Shown: positions 12,324 through 26,100, counted from the stretch's first letter. The stretch: DNA of 64,000 bases from Lingula anatina (GCA_051362555.1 CM120640.1:39348788-39412787), one strand, 5' to 3'. Translations and numbers: made by a program. The notes: generated by a model not told the origin, from the sequence alone.

Positions 12324-15187
12324 ATGTTCTCCCAAACATCAGCATGTGTTGATAAGGAAAATATTACAGCTGCTGAAGTAAGTTTTAAAACAGTAATGTA
12401 TCTTGGTAAATATGTACTATAGTACTTGTAATACTATAGCTTGATGTTCTGTTACATGACATTCTTTGTCGTGTGGAAATCAAAATGACATGCTTTTAAA
12501 TAAAGATTAAATGGTCACTTTTTATTGTTGTTATAATTATTTTTTACTTATATCTAAAGTAATACCCTTGAATAATTGTTATATCAATAAATAAGTATTG
12601 TACTTTTAAAATTTCTCTAAAATGTAACTGTTACGTAATAATTCTAAAAAAAAATTGATAAAAATAAGCTGAAAAGTTTATGGCACAGACTTCTTCAGAG
12701 ACATAATAATATAATTCGTCATATTTTATCCAGGCTGTTCAAACCAAAAATATCTTTGAAACACCATCACGAACACCTTTGCATGATGTAAATGGTTCTA
12801 CTGCTGAAAGAAGATACTTGACTTTAAAGGGCTCTTTCACCCCATGCAGCAAGGCACAAACCCCTAGCATAGCACCAGGGAAAACTGCTAAAACTCCAGT
12901 AAGATCCCTAAAAAGGTTAGTTATGTACATCAGTATATTTTTGACAGGTACTGGAAATTATCTGATTTTTTGAAACCCTTTATAATTTTTTGTCAGCCTT
13001 TATAATTGTCTACTTGTTTAAAATGCGTGAAAATTTTTTAGAGCTAAAACATTTTACGTAAAATGCTCTTACATTTATTCAGGCCTACCAAAGTAACATT
13101 TGATGTTAGCGCTGACATTCAAGCTACATTGACACCTCAGCTTGCACCAGAATCAAAATCAGACTTGCCTGAGTTGACAGATACAGGGACCATGATGACA
13201 CCAAAAAAGGAAGAAAATGAGGTCAAATCAACTGAAGGTAACACCAGTGTTCCAGTAGCCATGGCAACTACTTCCACCATGGTAACCCCAGTCAAGACTG
13301 CTGAAACAGGACAGATGGTGTCCCCTGTTGCCATGAAAACAACTTCTACCACTGTCACGCCAGTCAAGACTGTTGAACAAGAGCAGATGATGTCACCTGT
13401 TACCATGGGAACAACTGCCACCATGGTTACCCCAGTCAAGACTACTGAAACAGGACAGATGACATCCCATGTTGCCATTGAAAATACTGCAACCATGACG
13501 ACTCCTATCAGCTTGAGAGATGCTGGAGGAATGACCAGTCCAGTCAAGACACATGACCAGGGTCAAGCTATGAGTCCCATGCCATCTCTCCTGGAAGCTG
13601 GAACAACGGTCACTCCAGTTAAATATGAAAGCACTGGACAGGCGACCAGTCCAGTATCCATGTCAACCACAGAGACAGCAATGACACCACCGCCAGTCAG
13701 AGTGAGCACTGGGACAGTAACGTCTCCAGTCCAGGTACCATTTGGCAGGTGAGAGTTAAGCCCTATAGTTGTACATGAATGCATTACTACTGCCTCAAAG
13801 ATTACTGGAATAGAAACTGCTAAATGTGTTAAGTGTGTGTTTGTGTGTGTGTTTCATGCGTTGAAGATGTGAATACAAACTGGTTTGCTAAGCAAAAGGC
13901 ACATGATTTAATTATATATCCTTGGTGAATCTTCCTTTGCACAGACCAATGACTGTGATACATTAATGAGGTATGATGAGCGTTAGTCCCACCCCATGAG
14001 TTTATAGTAAGTTTTTCATTCTTCCAGGTTCTCTGAGATAGCAGAGGTCAGTCACCTGGATCCTGTGAATTTGGCCCATCAGCTGGAGAGTGCAGGTATA
14101 AGTAATGAACTGCTGCGGGGTGAGATAACCTCCTTGAGAGACCACTGTGAACAGAGAGCTAGGCAGCTAGATCAGCTCAAAGAAGACCTGGCCACCAAGG
14201 AAGTGTCTTTGGAAGAATACAAGGAAAAGATCCTTCATGTAGAGTTGGAGGCCAAGGTATTAATAGGTTTGACATAGTAACTGGTCCTCTGTGTTAAGAG
14301 TCCGCTACTTTATCTGTCTGATTGTTAATATAATGGCAAAACGGGTTTGTTGAAAGGATGCTGTCAAACACATACTAGTAATCAAGTTTCAGCAGCTAAG
14401 TCGGTTGTTATAAATTAACCTAATCAGGTATTTTCTGTTTTGGCAGGCATCAGGACAAGAAGTTGTTGCTGACTTGATGACACAGCTCGGACAGCAGATG
14501 TCCCAAATTGCTGATCTTGAATCTAAATTAAAGAGTAAAGATCAGGTAATCATTGAAATGAAAGAGGCACATGACACAGGCTTAAGAGAGCTGCAAGAAC
14601 GACAACAGAAAACTGTTGAGATGCTGCAGCAGAAGAATCAAAACTTGCAAGACGACCTTTGTACAGCTTACAAACAACACAAGAAAGAGGTGTGTATATG
14701 AAAATTGCTGCATCTATTTGATTTGTATTTTGCATACAGGCAGTAAGCAAGAACATTCCTTAACTAGTGCAGTCAGATTCTATTACAAATTGTAATGTTT
14801 TTGCTTACCAGTGGATTTCAAAGAGATTTTTAAAATTGTTTACAAGCAGATGGTTATGTATTTAATGATGAAGGCATGCATTTATCTTGTTTGAATAGCT
14901 GAAAATCTACCAGTATCATGAAAACTGTTCTTGGTCATTTACAGTTGGCAGCACTCAAAGAAGAGCACTCCAGATTTGACTACAAATCTCTCTACCATAA
15001 AGCTCAGCAAACCATTGCAGAGCTGGAAGCAGAGCTTGAAGTGTATTCCTCACTGAAGGACGCCATTGAAGAATATGAGAGGCAGCAGGTAAGACTTGTT
15101 TCCAAATACAAATAACTTGGCTTAGATATGTATATGCTGGTATGTAACTATGTTTTTTTTTCCTTTTTTAATACAAGACAACACTCA

Positions 15188-15276
<89 letters not shown>

Positions 15277-18200
15277 TTATTATATATTAACTAACTTCCA
15301 CATCTAGAAGGACATCTACTTAATAATTTCTACTAATATTTGCACATAGTGCAAGGCTCAGGGAAGTGAGGGATTTGGTCATTGCTTTAACTACTACTGT
15401 TGTTTTCTTTGTCTTCTATCAGGAAGCAGTTACAAAGGCAGTTCAGGAATCCCACAGTAATGTGATTAAAATGTTTGAAAAGGTGCAGGAACAAAAAGAA
15501 ATGTGGGCTACAGAGGTGAGATTTGCCTGAAAAATTCATATTATTAATTTATTTATTCATTTGCTTTGTTATTTTTTCTTTTCCATATTTTATTTGGTAT
15601 TGAAAGTTGCTTGACAATGATCAGATGACAGTTTTTTTGGAAATTACTCTCTGCCTCTCCTTGTGTCCCAATTTTAGACAAAGCCAAGATAAGACCACAG
15701 ACATAGAAATACAGGCCTCTAGGGAAGTTGAATAAACTTGTTAACAGGTTTTTCTATGTCATTCTTTCATGGTAACCTGATACAACCGCATGTACATCAA
15801 GTCTAATGAGTTTTAATTAAGCTTAAGGACATGATTGTGGGAGGTGGTGACATCTAAAATATTTAGTACATAATCTGTGAATCTGATGGAAAAGAGTTCT
15901 TAAGCCTTATTGTTTTACTTTTTTGTACTAAAGCATACAAACTGGCAGGCAAAAATGAATGAAAATGACATCAGAACTCAAGCAGCTGTGGAGACAAGTG
16001 AACAAGCTAGAAAGCAAATGGAAGATTTTCAGCAACGGGCGGATGAAGCCATCAAAGAGTTGAATAAGGTATTTGCTGTCAGTAATGATTTTGTTAAGCA
16101 CTAATCAATTAACATTATAAATTATTTTAATCAATACCGTTGTTGCTTTGAAATTCACTTGAGATGCAGAATATGCTATTAGTGAGCACAATACTGTTTA
16201 ATGTCAAAGTTATTTTAAATTATATTTTGTATATTTAATTATTTATGTACTTGAGATGAAATATTGATGCAGGTGATCAGGTTTTTATTCAGTTCAGTAC
16301 CTCATGGCTTTAAAACTTCTGTTTTAAGATGAAGGAAATTCACAGAGTTGATGCAGAAGAATTGCTCAGTGCAACAGAACAAATAACTGAATTGACTGCA
16401 CAGCTGAATTACCTTAATATGGGTGAGTCTTGAACCTGTAGCTTCATTTATGTTGAAATACCACCAGCTCACTTTGTCATTAAGCATGTTAGGTTTCTTT
16501 AAGTTTGAACCTGCATAACTAACAGTTAAACAGTATGGAATGTATCAGGAAAAAATGAGGTAATGGTTTACAAATTATTCAGTCATGTAAATTCTGATAT
16601 ATGCAAAATATGTACTTCCCTGGCATAGCAATTGACATTGAACTTGTGAATTCCCTGAAACTGGCTGTTTAGACTATTAAATTCTATCCCCAGAAAACCA
16701 TAAGTTAACAAAACAAGTCGGGGACTACGAGGTGAAACATGTGGAGCATTTCCAAGAGGTTATTACCCTAGAAGCAGCTCAGAAAGTTATGGAGAGAGAA
16801 CTGATGAAAGAGAAGGAAATGTGAGTGTGAAGAGCAGGGTTTGTCTGCTTATACTGTAATCTCCTGTTTTCCTTTTATGTATGTTATTACCGTAATTAAA
16901 AAGAAATGAAATCACATGTAGTTGTGGTTTTGTAAAACCCTGAAAATGATGTCATTGTTCAGAGAATGACAGACCTTTTTCAAATGACTATTATTATTAT
17001 TATTTGAGCAATAATGACCATTGTAGCTTTTGCAATTCTAAAGTCATTTTTATTAGTTTGTTGCTATTTACAGAGGAACAAAAACTGCAGAAAGATTGAA
17101 GGATTTGAATCATCATTTAGAAGAGGAATTCAAGAGGTTAGCTAAATTCTTACAGATGTAGGATGCTTACATTTTAAAGAAAGTTTCACTCTTTCTGTCA
17201 ATTTTACAGTAAGGCAAAAAAAAAAAACAACAACTTATAAATTCACCCTCATTACTGGATTGAATTGATATTTTTCTTGCAGTATTTAAAATGCCAGTCC
17301 ATTGTATTTGACAAATTTGACTGATTAACCTGAATTTATTCATAGATTTGACCTTGAAGTGCTGAATCTACAGAGGACTTTGGACTACCGAGAGCAGGAT
17401 GTGGAGAGACTAGAACAACAGCTGTCAGAATTACAGGTGACCCTACAGGCTAGGGAAGTGCTGGTGGACAAACTGAAAGCTGCTGTTCATGCACAGAGAC
17501 TGGAGCTGGAGGCCAACTGCAGTGTGAAGCGAGAGCTGATTGAAGTGAAGGAACAACTGGAGGTTAGTGAAGGGAGGCAGGGCACATGTTTCATGCTGCC
17601 ATAGGTTGCTACTTTGTGTTAGATTTAAATCCTTTTTGCATTGATTAGTGAAGTGGGGGGGGGTTCGGGGGGTAGAGCATATGTTTACATACTGTTATAT
17701 ATTGCTACGCTGCTTTAGATTTAAACCCTCTTTGTATTGAAAAGTGGTCAGTCTGAATCACCAACAATTTATTCAACAGAATCTGGATGTAGATCTTGTT
17801 CAGTGCCCCTGATTGAATTCATCCACCAACCTGGTTATGTTTATGCAATACATCGCACCACAGTATCCTTAGGACCTTCAGATCAAACAAGTTTAAAGAC
17901 CTTGCGACCTTGCACTTAATTCTACCTTCCCTTTACATTCAGATGACTCAGACACAATCCAAGGAGATGTATGAGTTCCTGGAAGAAGAGAGAAGGGGTC
18001 TTACTGATACCCTAAGAGAGTCAGAAGAGAGACTCTCTGTCACTAACCTGGAACTGTCTAGGTGTAGGACGGAGGTGCAGGAAAAGACAGCAGTCTGTTT
18101 ACAGATGGAGAACACCATTCAGAACATGAGGTTAAGATCTCTTGATGACCATCAATGTCACAGAATTGGGTTTTGCCTACTGAAGCACAAATAGACGAGT

Positions 18201-21200
18201 ATAAACTGCCTGTAAAATATTTCTCCAAATGCAAGTCAATGTTTAAACTCTAGGAATAGAAAACACTACACTAAAGGTAGTTTAACTCTGGCTAAAATGC
18301 CAGTTATATGCTGTTCATTTCATTGATTTTTTTTCATTTATTTTTAAAATTTTATTATTTTAATAATTTAATTTATTAATTTTTTGCACTTATCATTTCA
18401 GCCAGGGTGTCCAGCTGTTGCAGGAGGAGTTGGACAACACCAAGGCCAATGCCCACCTGATGTTGATGACCCAGGACACAGAGATCAGTGACTCCATGCT
18501 GGCAGTGGATGGGCTGTGTGAGAGGATGAGATTCCTGGTGGATGTACTGGAGGAAAAGGCAGCTAAGCTACAGGTAACTGATTTTTTTCTTAATGGACAG
18601 TTCAAAATTAAGTGGTAATTGTCTTCAGTACAAGTAGACCTCATGAACCCTGAAACTGTACTGTTAGGAATGGTCTAATGTAGTATAAAGTCAATTAAAA
18701 ATTTGGCCTGTTTTTATATGTTTAATTTGTTTGATTTGCCCAGGGAAAAGAAACTGAAACACCAGAATTTCAGCAGGCTTCTTCGCATTTACCTCCAAAT
18801 CTGGAATCATGTAAAGATTCCCCTTCCAGCAGTGGTGATGTGTCAATGCACGTGCTGTCTCCACCCTTGTTGAGTTCCACTGTGGTCTCTCATTCTCTGG
18901 TCTCCTCCATCCTGAGTGCTGTTAGGAAGGCAACGGACACCTCGTCAGCATCTTCCAAAGAGGAGGAGAACCAAGAGGAACCAAATCCTGCAGAGGCCAG
19001 TACTTTTATACTGGAAGAAAACTGTGAGAATAATCCGAGTGCCAGTGATTCAGAGAAATCTGGCAAACAGTTGAACAGTGTAATCCATCCAGGTAAACTT
19101 GTAACAAATGATGCACCTGATACAGCAGGCCACCAAAGAAAAGGACTTGATTTCCCTGACAGTACAGTAGCCAAAACAAGCACAGAAAAAGTGCATTTGC
19201 TAACCCCAGAGAGTGACATGGAAGAAACGGATGATAAAACTGTAAAAGGAAGTGCATTCCAGAGGGTTCAACCTTGCCAGGGCCAAGTTCCCAAGTCATT
19301 ACAGAATGAAGAGACCAAGGCAGAGGAGGAGGAGGAAGAGAGTGAGGAGGAATCACTCACACAGCGGATCAGTAGAGCTGCTGCATTCATGGAGCAGATT
19401 GTGAGTTTGGTGCAGCTGCTACACAGGATCACTTTCTCTTCAATCAAAGAACTTGAGAAAGAAAAGTAAGAATTTAAATTAAATCAGTTAATTTGTAAGA
19501 TTAAAAGGGGCCCATTACATTTGATGTTTAATTCATGAAGATTTTATATGTCAGTTTGCTATGGATTTTTCTATGGGGTGACTCAGTTTAAAATTGTAAA
19601 GTCTGCAAACATGTCCAACAAAAAGGATCTTATAAAATGAGTTCAAATCTGCTTTAGCCTTGAATTATAAGGATGTTAAGGATAATCTCTCTAAAAACTA
19701 TGGCATTTTGTTCAGTAATTCTCAAAATAGTTGTGCTTTCTTTAAATTACAGCGACTACTTGAAGGGAAAAATTGCCGAGAATCAGTCCATGTTTGACAA
19801 AAACTTGGTTGGACTTAAAGAGGACCTGAAAAGCACAGAAATCAAAAGCCGTAAACTTCAAGTAAGGTTGGAGTTCAAGGTGGGAGAAGTGAAGAATCTC
19901 CAGGAGAGTCTAGACAAGGCTGAGAGAAGGATCTGTGAGATGGCAGAGCAGTTCAGCAGCATTGCAGACCAGAAGGAGAAAATTCAGGTTTGTGAATGTT
20001 TTGTATATAAGAATATTTGGGATCATTTCTACCTGGTTACAAATTCAATTAATTTTATCAAAAGAAATAGTTTTATAGTAGTCTATTTGATCAAGGTCTC
20101 TGATGTAAAGAATTGGCTATTGGAAATGTTAAAGACAGTCTCAGTGGGTTAGATTAATGTATAGAAGCAGGTTCTATGTAAAGCTTTGATCAGATTTGTG
20201 TTTTGTGAGATTGTTTATTATTATATTAATAAGTCTGGGTCACAAAAGTCCTGTTAAGACAACTAGAATAAAGAATTAGAAAACGAAAACTATTTATCAT
20301 GATTTCGGAGCACAGCCAGAAGTACTTCCGGCTCAAGGTCACGACCTCGATTTTCCCACGCTTACGACCAATCACAGCAGGCTTCAGTCAGAATGAGATA
20401 GACGTCACGACTACACAGCGAAACTTGTCAGACATGTAAGTGCCGCCTGTCCATCTTTTCGGTACATGTACCGATCAAAAATAGACAACGTAAAGCCCAA
20501 AACGCTCTTATACACGTAACCAACTTTGTATGAGCACAAATATTGTCATTTATTGTGAACAGGATAATATGATAATCAGACACACTTGAGACCTGTGAAG
20601 CGCATACTCACGTGTCGAGGAGTAGTTTCGCCATTGCCTCGTATGTGAGTCCTAACTCAGCTTTAAGTGTCCTCCACCGCCCCACCTCCCTCCCAACATA
20701 CACAGTCTGAGTGCTTCTTCGTCTGTCTCTAATTTTCTTTCGTATCTTTCGAACTGGAGTGGCTATTTTCTTTCGTCCCCTTTTGTCGCTCTCCTCTTCA
20801 GACTTGACGCGCGTCTGAGCCATGTTTGCTGTTTTGGCGCCAAATAGTAACATCCGGGTCTCAGCCGTAGTACTTCATTCATAGTAAACCGCGAGACTTA
20901 GCGAGAAATTGCGCGTTCTGAAGCCGTACTGTGAGGTGGTAGCTGAGTATTTAAGACGAGTCGTCTTTTATTATTTAATGGAACTTAAAAACGGTATTAG
21001 GTAGGTTCATTTTCTCAACGGTTTTGGATAGGATATACCTTGGTCATTATGGGGAAATTGGTGAGATTTCCAGGAAAATTCATTTTCGTGCTATTTTAAG
21101 GGTTTAACGCGCTGAGACTGTCTTTAATATTTAGTTTTATTTAAATAGATATCACATAGATATTTACTTTGTAGATATTTTGATTTAAGACCATGAACAT

Positions 21201-22363
21201 CTTTTTTCATGCAGAAATATTCCAAAGAGATAGATCGACTTAGTAAACAGGTGAAGAGCGTTGAACTGGAAAGGACATTACTGCAGGAGCAGTTGAAAGA
21301 CTGTCTGAGCAGGATTGATGACTTGAAACAGGGACTTGGCCTGGAGGTCACTGAGGGCAAGCACATACTGGAGAACCATGTGTTGAAGAAGGAAGTAAGT
21401 CTCCTTGTCCTAGCCGGTGGACTAGTGCTTGAGTCACTGATGTGAAATAAAGTATAGTTTCCAGTTGTGGAAAGATTCTCTTTTTTTTTTGGTAGTAAGG
21501 GCGTCATAAAGATTGTTCTAAGAAATACTGCAGGTCTTGTCAAGTGTTGTTAACCATGTCTTATGGTTTCTTATGTGTCATATTCTATTTTCCACTGCCA
21601 CAAAAATATTTTGTATGGAATGTTAATTTCTTTTAGAAACTCCAACTGAATGAAAAGCTGCTGGAGAAGAGAGAAGAAGTAGACATTTTGCAGTCTAAAC
21701 TAGACAGGGAGGTAATGAACCAAACCAGTTTTTTGTTTAAAGATCTGATAATTTACAGTTTATGATATAGTTACTATTAACTTTGAATTCAATTTTTAAA
21801 TTTGAACTTTCATACATAATACTCATATAAAAGTTTTAAATATTTATGTTAGTTGAAAAGATATGTTTACCAGTTTGTCTTAAGAGTTTTTTCTGTCTTA
21901 TTGTGCAGATGAAGAAGTATTCTAAGGACCTAAAGGAAGCACAAACTGCCATTTTCCACTATGACAGGCAGCTGGAGAACATACGAAAGGTAGTTTTAAG
22001 TAATAACAATAATAATGTAAATGAAATTCTTACCAGAATCAAATATTACCATGTCAATTGGCAAATTAATAAATAGATTTTCTAACAAGGCTTATTATTA
22101 TGAGGGCCATGTGGAAGATAAGTGTAAACTTGTAGACATGTTTACCCTACAAAAGTTTATTATTTTTATTATTATCATTATTATTACACTGGTACTTAAA
22201 GGGGTGATATGTTGTTTTAAAACACAAGCAATTAGGGGATTTGAATTGCATATATTTAAATTGCATCTTTCAGGTTCTTGAAAAACACCAATACTTGCTG
22301 ATAGGAAGACCTGACCTTCAGAAAGTAATGAGTGAGCTTAGTGGTGAAAATCACAGCCATTAA
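12324..22363 (+). CDS. SPAG5: Sperm-associated antigen 5 / Astrin-like mitotic coiled-coil protein, 20 coding exons
   Basis: Exons 12324-12377, 12734-12915, 13083-13748, 14028-14256, 14447-14689, 14945-15088, 15423-15515, 15934-16068, 16329-16422, 16694-16820, 17074-17136, 17346-17562, 17943-18130, 18402-18573, 18744-19465, 19753-19987, 21215-21394, 21637-21711, 21909-21989 and 22274-22363 join in one open frame with GT-AG sites. Motifs collinear with human Astrin as recalled: RTPLHDVN (RTPLRELT), KEMYEFLEEE (KETLEFADQE), SLVSSILSAV (FLGSILTAV), GSAFQRV (KSAFTRV), EESL, and C-terminal DRQLENIRKVL...LQKVMSELS (DDIVQHIYKTL...LQGLLEFLS). Confidence 0.78.
13240..13500 (+). repeat. Coding tandem repeat, 72-bp (24-aa) unit of type SPVAMxTTxTxVTPVKTxExGQM, about 3.5 copies, with degenerate units to about 13735
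   Basis: Equivalent positions at 13255, 13327, 13399 and 13471, an exact 72-bp period. Confidence 0.9.
15191..15275. repeat. Compound (CT)n(CA)n microsatellite
   Basis: Visible dinucleotide runs. Confidence 0.95.
20133..21123. mobile_element. Non-autonomous Kolobok-type DNA transposon in an intron of the SPAG5-like gene
   Basis: TTAA on both flanks (20129-20132, 21124-21127). TIR AGACAGTCTCAG is perfect for 12 bp and continues imperfectly. The interior is CpG-rich within a CpG-poor gene. Confidence 0.85.
20612..20823 (-). pseudogene. Orphan first coding exon of the Kolobok element (basic/helical DNA-binding-like domain)
   Basis: caaacATGgct start; MAQTRVKSEEESDKRGRKKIATPVRKIRKKIRDRRRSTQTVYVGREVGRWRTLKAELGLTYEAMAKLLLD, followed by a gtgagt donor. 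Resembles the DxxRxxTRVxIG...RWRxLK...AxxLLD motif of transposon-derived proteins. No DDE-coding exon seen in the element. Confidence 0.6.
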
Positions 22364-22744
22364 CATTGCTTTGGTGAAATTCCAAACAGTCAAAGAACTT
22401 TGCTGTTTGAAGTCTTAATAACAAGAACACCAAAATTGTTAGCATTCTTAAAAGATCAAGGTACATCTTCACCTGTATATGATGTATTATTTCACTTTTC
22501 ACACCTTGGCATCTTATGTATATGTTATATAATGTTTAAATTAGTTGCTTCCATAATGCTCTCCTGTACATCAGGTATAGATAATTGTTATCAGATTACT
22601 ATTGCAGTACTGTGACTGAAATCTAATAATTTGCATATTGTGTGAGGGCATTTTTGTATGATAAATGTATTGAAATAGCTACGGGATGTTTCAGGGAGTC
22701 TTTATTTAAAAAAGTAAGAGAAATATTATTAAATGTTATTGTAA

Positions 22745-22806
22745 AATAAAAAGTGATTTATTTGGCATTTAGTTGTAAATATCAAACTCAATTTTTCTAT
22801 AATAAA
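22745..22806 (+). terminator. Candidate polyadenylation signals of the SPAG5-like gene
   Basis: AATAAA at 22745-22750 and 22801-22806, about 400 nt after the stop. Confidence 0.5.
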
Positions 22807-23130
22807 TGTTATATTCAAGCAAGAATTCAATGATATTTCATATTGTTATAACTTGTCCCATATATAACCACAAGTACTGCAATGGCACACACACTACTAC
22901 TTAACACAAAAAATTTTAATAGTCTGTTAAAATGCAAACATTTTAAGTACATTAAAAATGCTGACATCTCTGATGATACATAATGTGTATATAAGAAATC
23001 AAAATTTCATGATCGATGTTATTTGTCAATAGGGCCTTGTGCATATATTCTATGGACTGCATTAAAATGTTTCATGTTCTTGATGCTATCAATGTGCATT
23101 TGTTTATACTTTACAAGTTGTAGTAAGAAT

Positions 23131-26100
23131 TTAATTTCCATATGTATCCCGAACATACGAGTCAAGAACTGGCAAATCTTCTGGATACTGGTCCAGTTTC
23201 TCCTTGTTAGGTAAATAGTATGTATCTCTGAAGTCGCAGAAATACTTTCCAACTTCTGGGTGTGTAATTTTACATGGTTCCTCAGTTGTAAGAAGATTTT
23301 CTATGATATGCAAGAGAGAAAAAAAATCTTTACAAAAAACACCAATTAATATTTCAACCATGGAACATAAGTATTTTATGTGTTCAGATAAAACTCCACT
23401 GTAAGCAGTAGTATTATCTACAGTGTGTATGCTTTGCTTTTAAAAAACTTTTTCAAGAACAATATTCCTACCTTGTGCTGCATATCTGTTGGAGCCATCT
23501 TCTACCAAGACATTGTAAAAAGGCTGATCTGGGCCAAGAGGCAGTTTGTGCACTCCCATCTGGTTCATCCACTCAAAGGTTGCCTCACACTTGTTATCCC
23601 AGCCATATATCACACAAGTATAGTGGTATCTGAAATAAAATGTGGAAGAGCCCCTTTTCATTAAGAATTTGTAAAACTTCACTTCAAAGTTCATGATTTT
23701 TCCAATATTTAAAAAAAATTACTTTAGCAGTCAAAAACTATTATTATATGATAATAAAAGTTTTGCTTGACCGGAGTCTAAATAACAAAAGTAGTAGGCT
23801 CTTGACACACTGAGCAGATTTGACAGATTGATGACTTATAGCCTGGCTATAAGGTAAAAGAAGCCAAGCCTCCAAGCCCGGCATAGCCAATCCATTAATT
23901 ACCACTCATTTTGAAAAGATCCATACACTAACTTTCAATTCAATATGTATGTGAATGGTAATTGTGACTTTTGTTATTTAGATTCTGACAAGGATAACTC
24001 TGTTTAATCACTGTTTTCAAATTTCAGTGTGCGTGAATACTGCACGTCCTTGGAATTGTTTGTATTTTAAAATCTAACTTAATCCATCAATCTGCTTTAC
24101 AACTTACTTTTTGTGTTTCATTATCATGCCAACAGCATGTTTTACCCTGGGGAACTCTGATCTCAGCTTTATTTTAACCTGCAAAGATAAGGTGAGAAGA
24201 GATCAACTGTTAATATGTGTCTAGAATGAATGTAAATTCTACATGTACAAAGACCAAACATTTTCTGAATTTATTAATAGTAAGACTTATATATAAGTTT
24301 GGCATACCTGAGGGGAGGGGGTATTTCTACAATGTGAACAGCAAAGTCACTTGTACAAATAAAAGAAATCTTTTCATCTAAGAAAAAAAAACAATATACC
24401 TTCTCCTGGGGTTCTGAGTTCTGTCTTTCTTCTGCTAACATAATCAGGTATGTAATAAGACTGCTTTGCTGGGGACCCACTGAAGTAGCTAGCCTTTTTA
24501 ACATGTCAACAACCTGAAACATTGGAAAAATCACCATGCTGCATACAAGTTTTTCTTATCCTTTTCTCATCAGCTTTGATTTAAATCAAGTTGGGACTAA
24601 CTTTATGAAGCAACTGCTTGATAACAATCTCCCATCTGTAATCCACCCACACCTCAATGTGGTGATTGCTTTACTCAAGGTTTGCACAGAGATGGTGGTG
24701 GTGGTGCAAAAAACGCAACTTTCTAAAGTTGCGCTTTATGTTTAAACAGATTATAAAAGTAAAATGAAGTTATCAGGCAAATTTTTAACAAAGTAAAATC
24801 ATTTCACACAAATTATACAAATTCAAAGATCCTGTTTCTTATGTCCTCAAATCTGAGGCAATATGTCCCAAAAATATAGAAAACTTTTCAATGTTTTACT
24901 TACATCTGACAAATTTATGCCAATATTCAGATATACCCTGGACAGTAGCAAGGTCATTTCTAGGTCATCAGGGCGGAGGATAAGAAACAGTTCCAGTGCT
25001 GTGCGTAACATGAGAAGGCTGTCTCCACCATGACCCAAAACCTGACGCCCAATATTGATCAAGTTTCTCATCATACGTTCAAATACCTGCAAGGAGATCA
25101 GAGAGAACATGTTTTGTGAGAAATCTCAAAAGAAAAATATATATATTTTTCCTTAAGTTGACAAGTCACATTTACTACTCAACTGATGAGAGTTGATCTG
25201 TGCTGATTTAGATTCTATTTTTATGCAACCATTGAATAAAACATTGAATTTTCATAGAAAGGCTAGGAGAAATAATGGGAGAAGTTTCCTCACATAGACC
25301 CACATTTTATGAAGTCAACAAAATAGAATGTGCATTGCATAATGATTAGCATAGCAAATACCACTGGTTCGTTTCTGCATAGTCTTTAGCAAATTAATCA
25401 CCTCTATCAAAAGGCAAAGTTTCTAATTTCTTTCCAAAAAAAAAAAAAATACTCTGGGATGTAAAAAAAAATTGAACATATCAAATGAACCCAGAATAAC
25501 ATGGCTAGGTATAAAAAATTGATTGCTGTACTCACCATTAAAGGCATTGCAGGATCAAACACATGCCTGTTTAGAGTGTATGTGTTATATGGTAAAAGAT
25601 TGGTGCACTGGTTTTCATCCATGAAGCGTCCTTCATGAAATACATCTATGTATGTGTACTGCTGCTCTTCTGGTAGGCTAAAAATATGAAGACCCAAACT
25701 CAAATAACATGATCCAAGAATATCTTAAAGAATGCAAGAATACTGAAATAGCAACATTATTGTAGAAGACAATGATAAGTTGTTGACATCACAAAACTAA
25801 TGCTTTTTAAACAACTAGTTATAAAATTTGACCAATAACACTTAATTACATTAAAAAAACTTTTTCCTCCCATCTTTACCCCAGAGAGAGAGCACATACT
25901 TTGGATTCTGCAGCCACCTGAGCAAGAAATGTGAGGGGAAATTAACTGGTTCACACACCACCCCAAGCCTCAGTGCCACACTACAGTAGACCACAGCCAG
26001 GGAGATAGGGATGCCAGTCTTTGTCTCTAAAACCTGAAACAGCAAAAATAAGTGGTGATTAATTTTTTCTCATTATGCATGAAAACAAACACATAATTAA

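Noticed and set aside
13137-13784. Minus-strand ORFs of 136 and 73 aa (also 18890-19356 and 21124-21543)
   Set aside because: Antisense shadows of SPAG5-like exons, with no independent splice or motif support.
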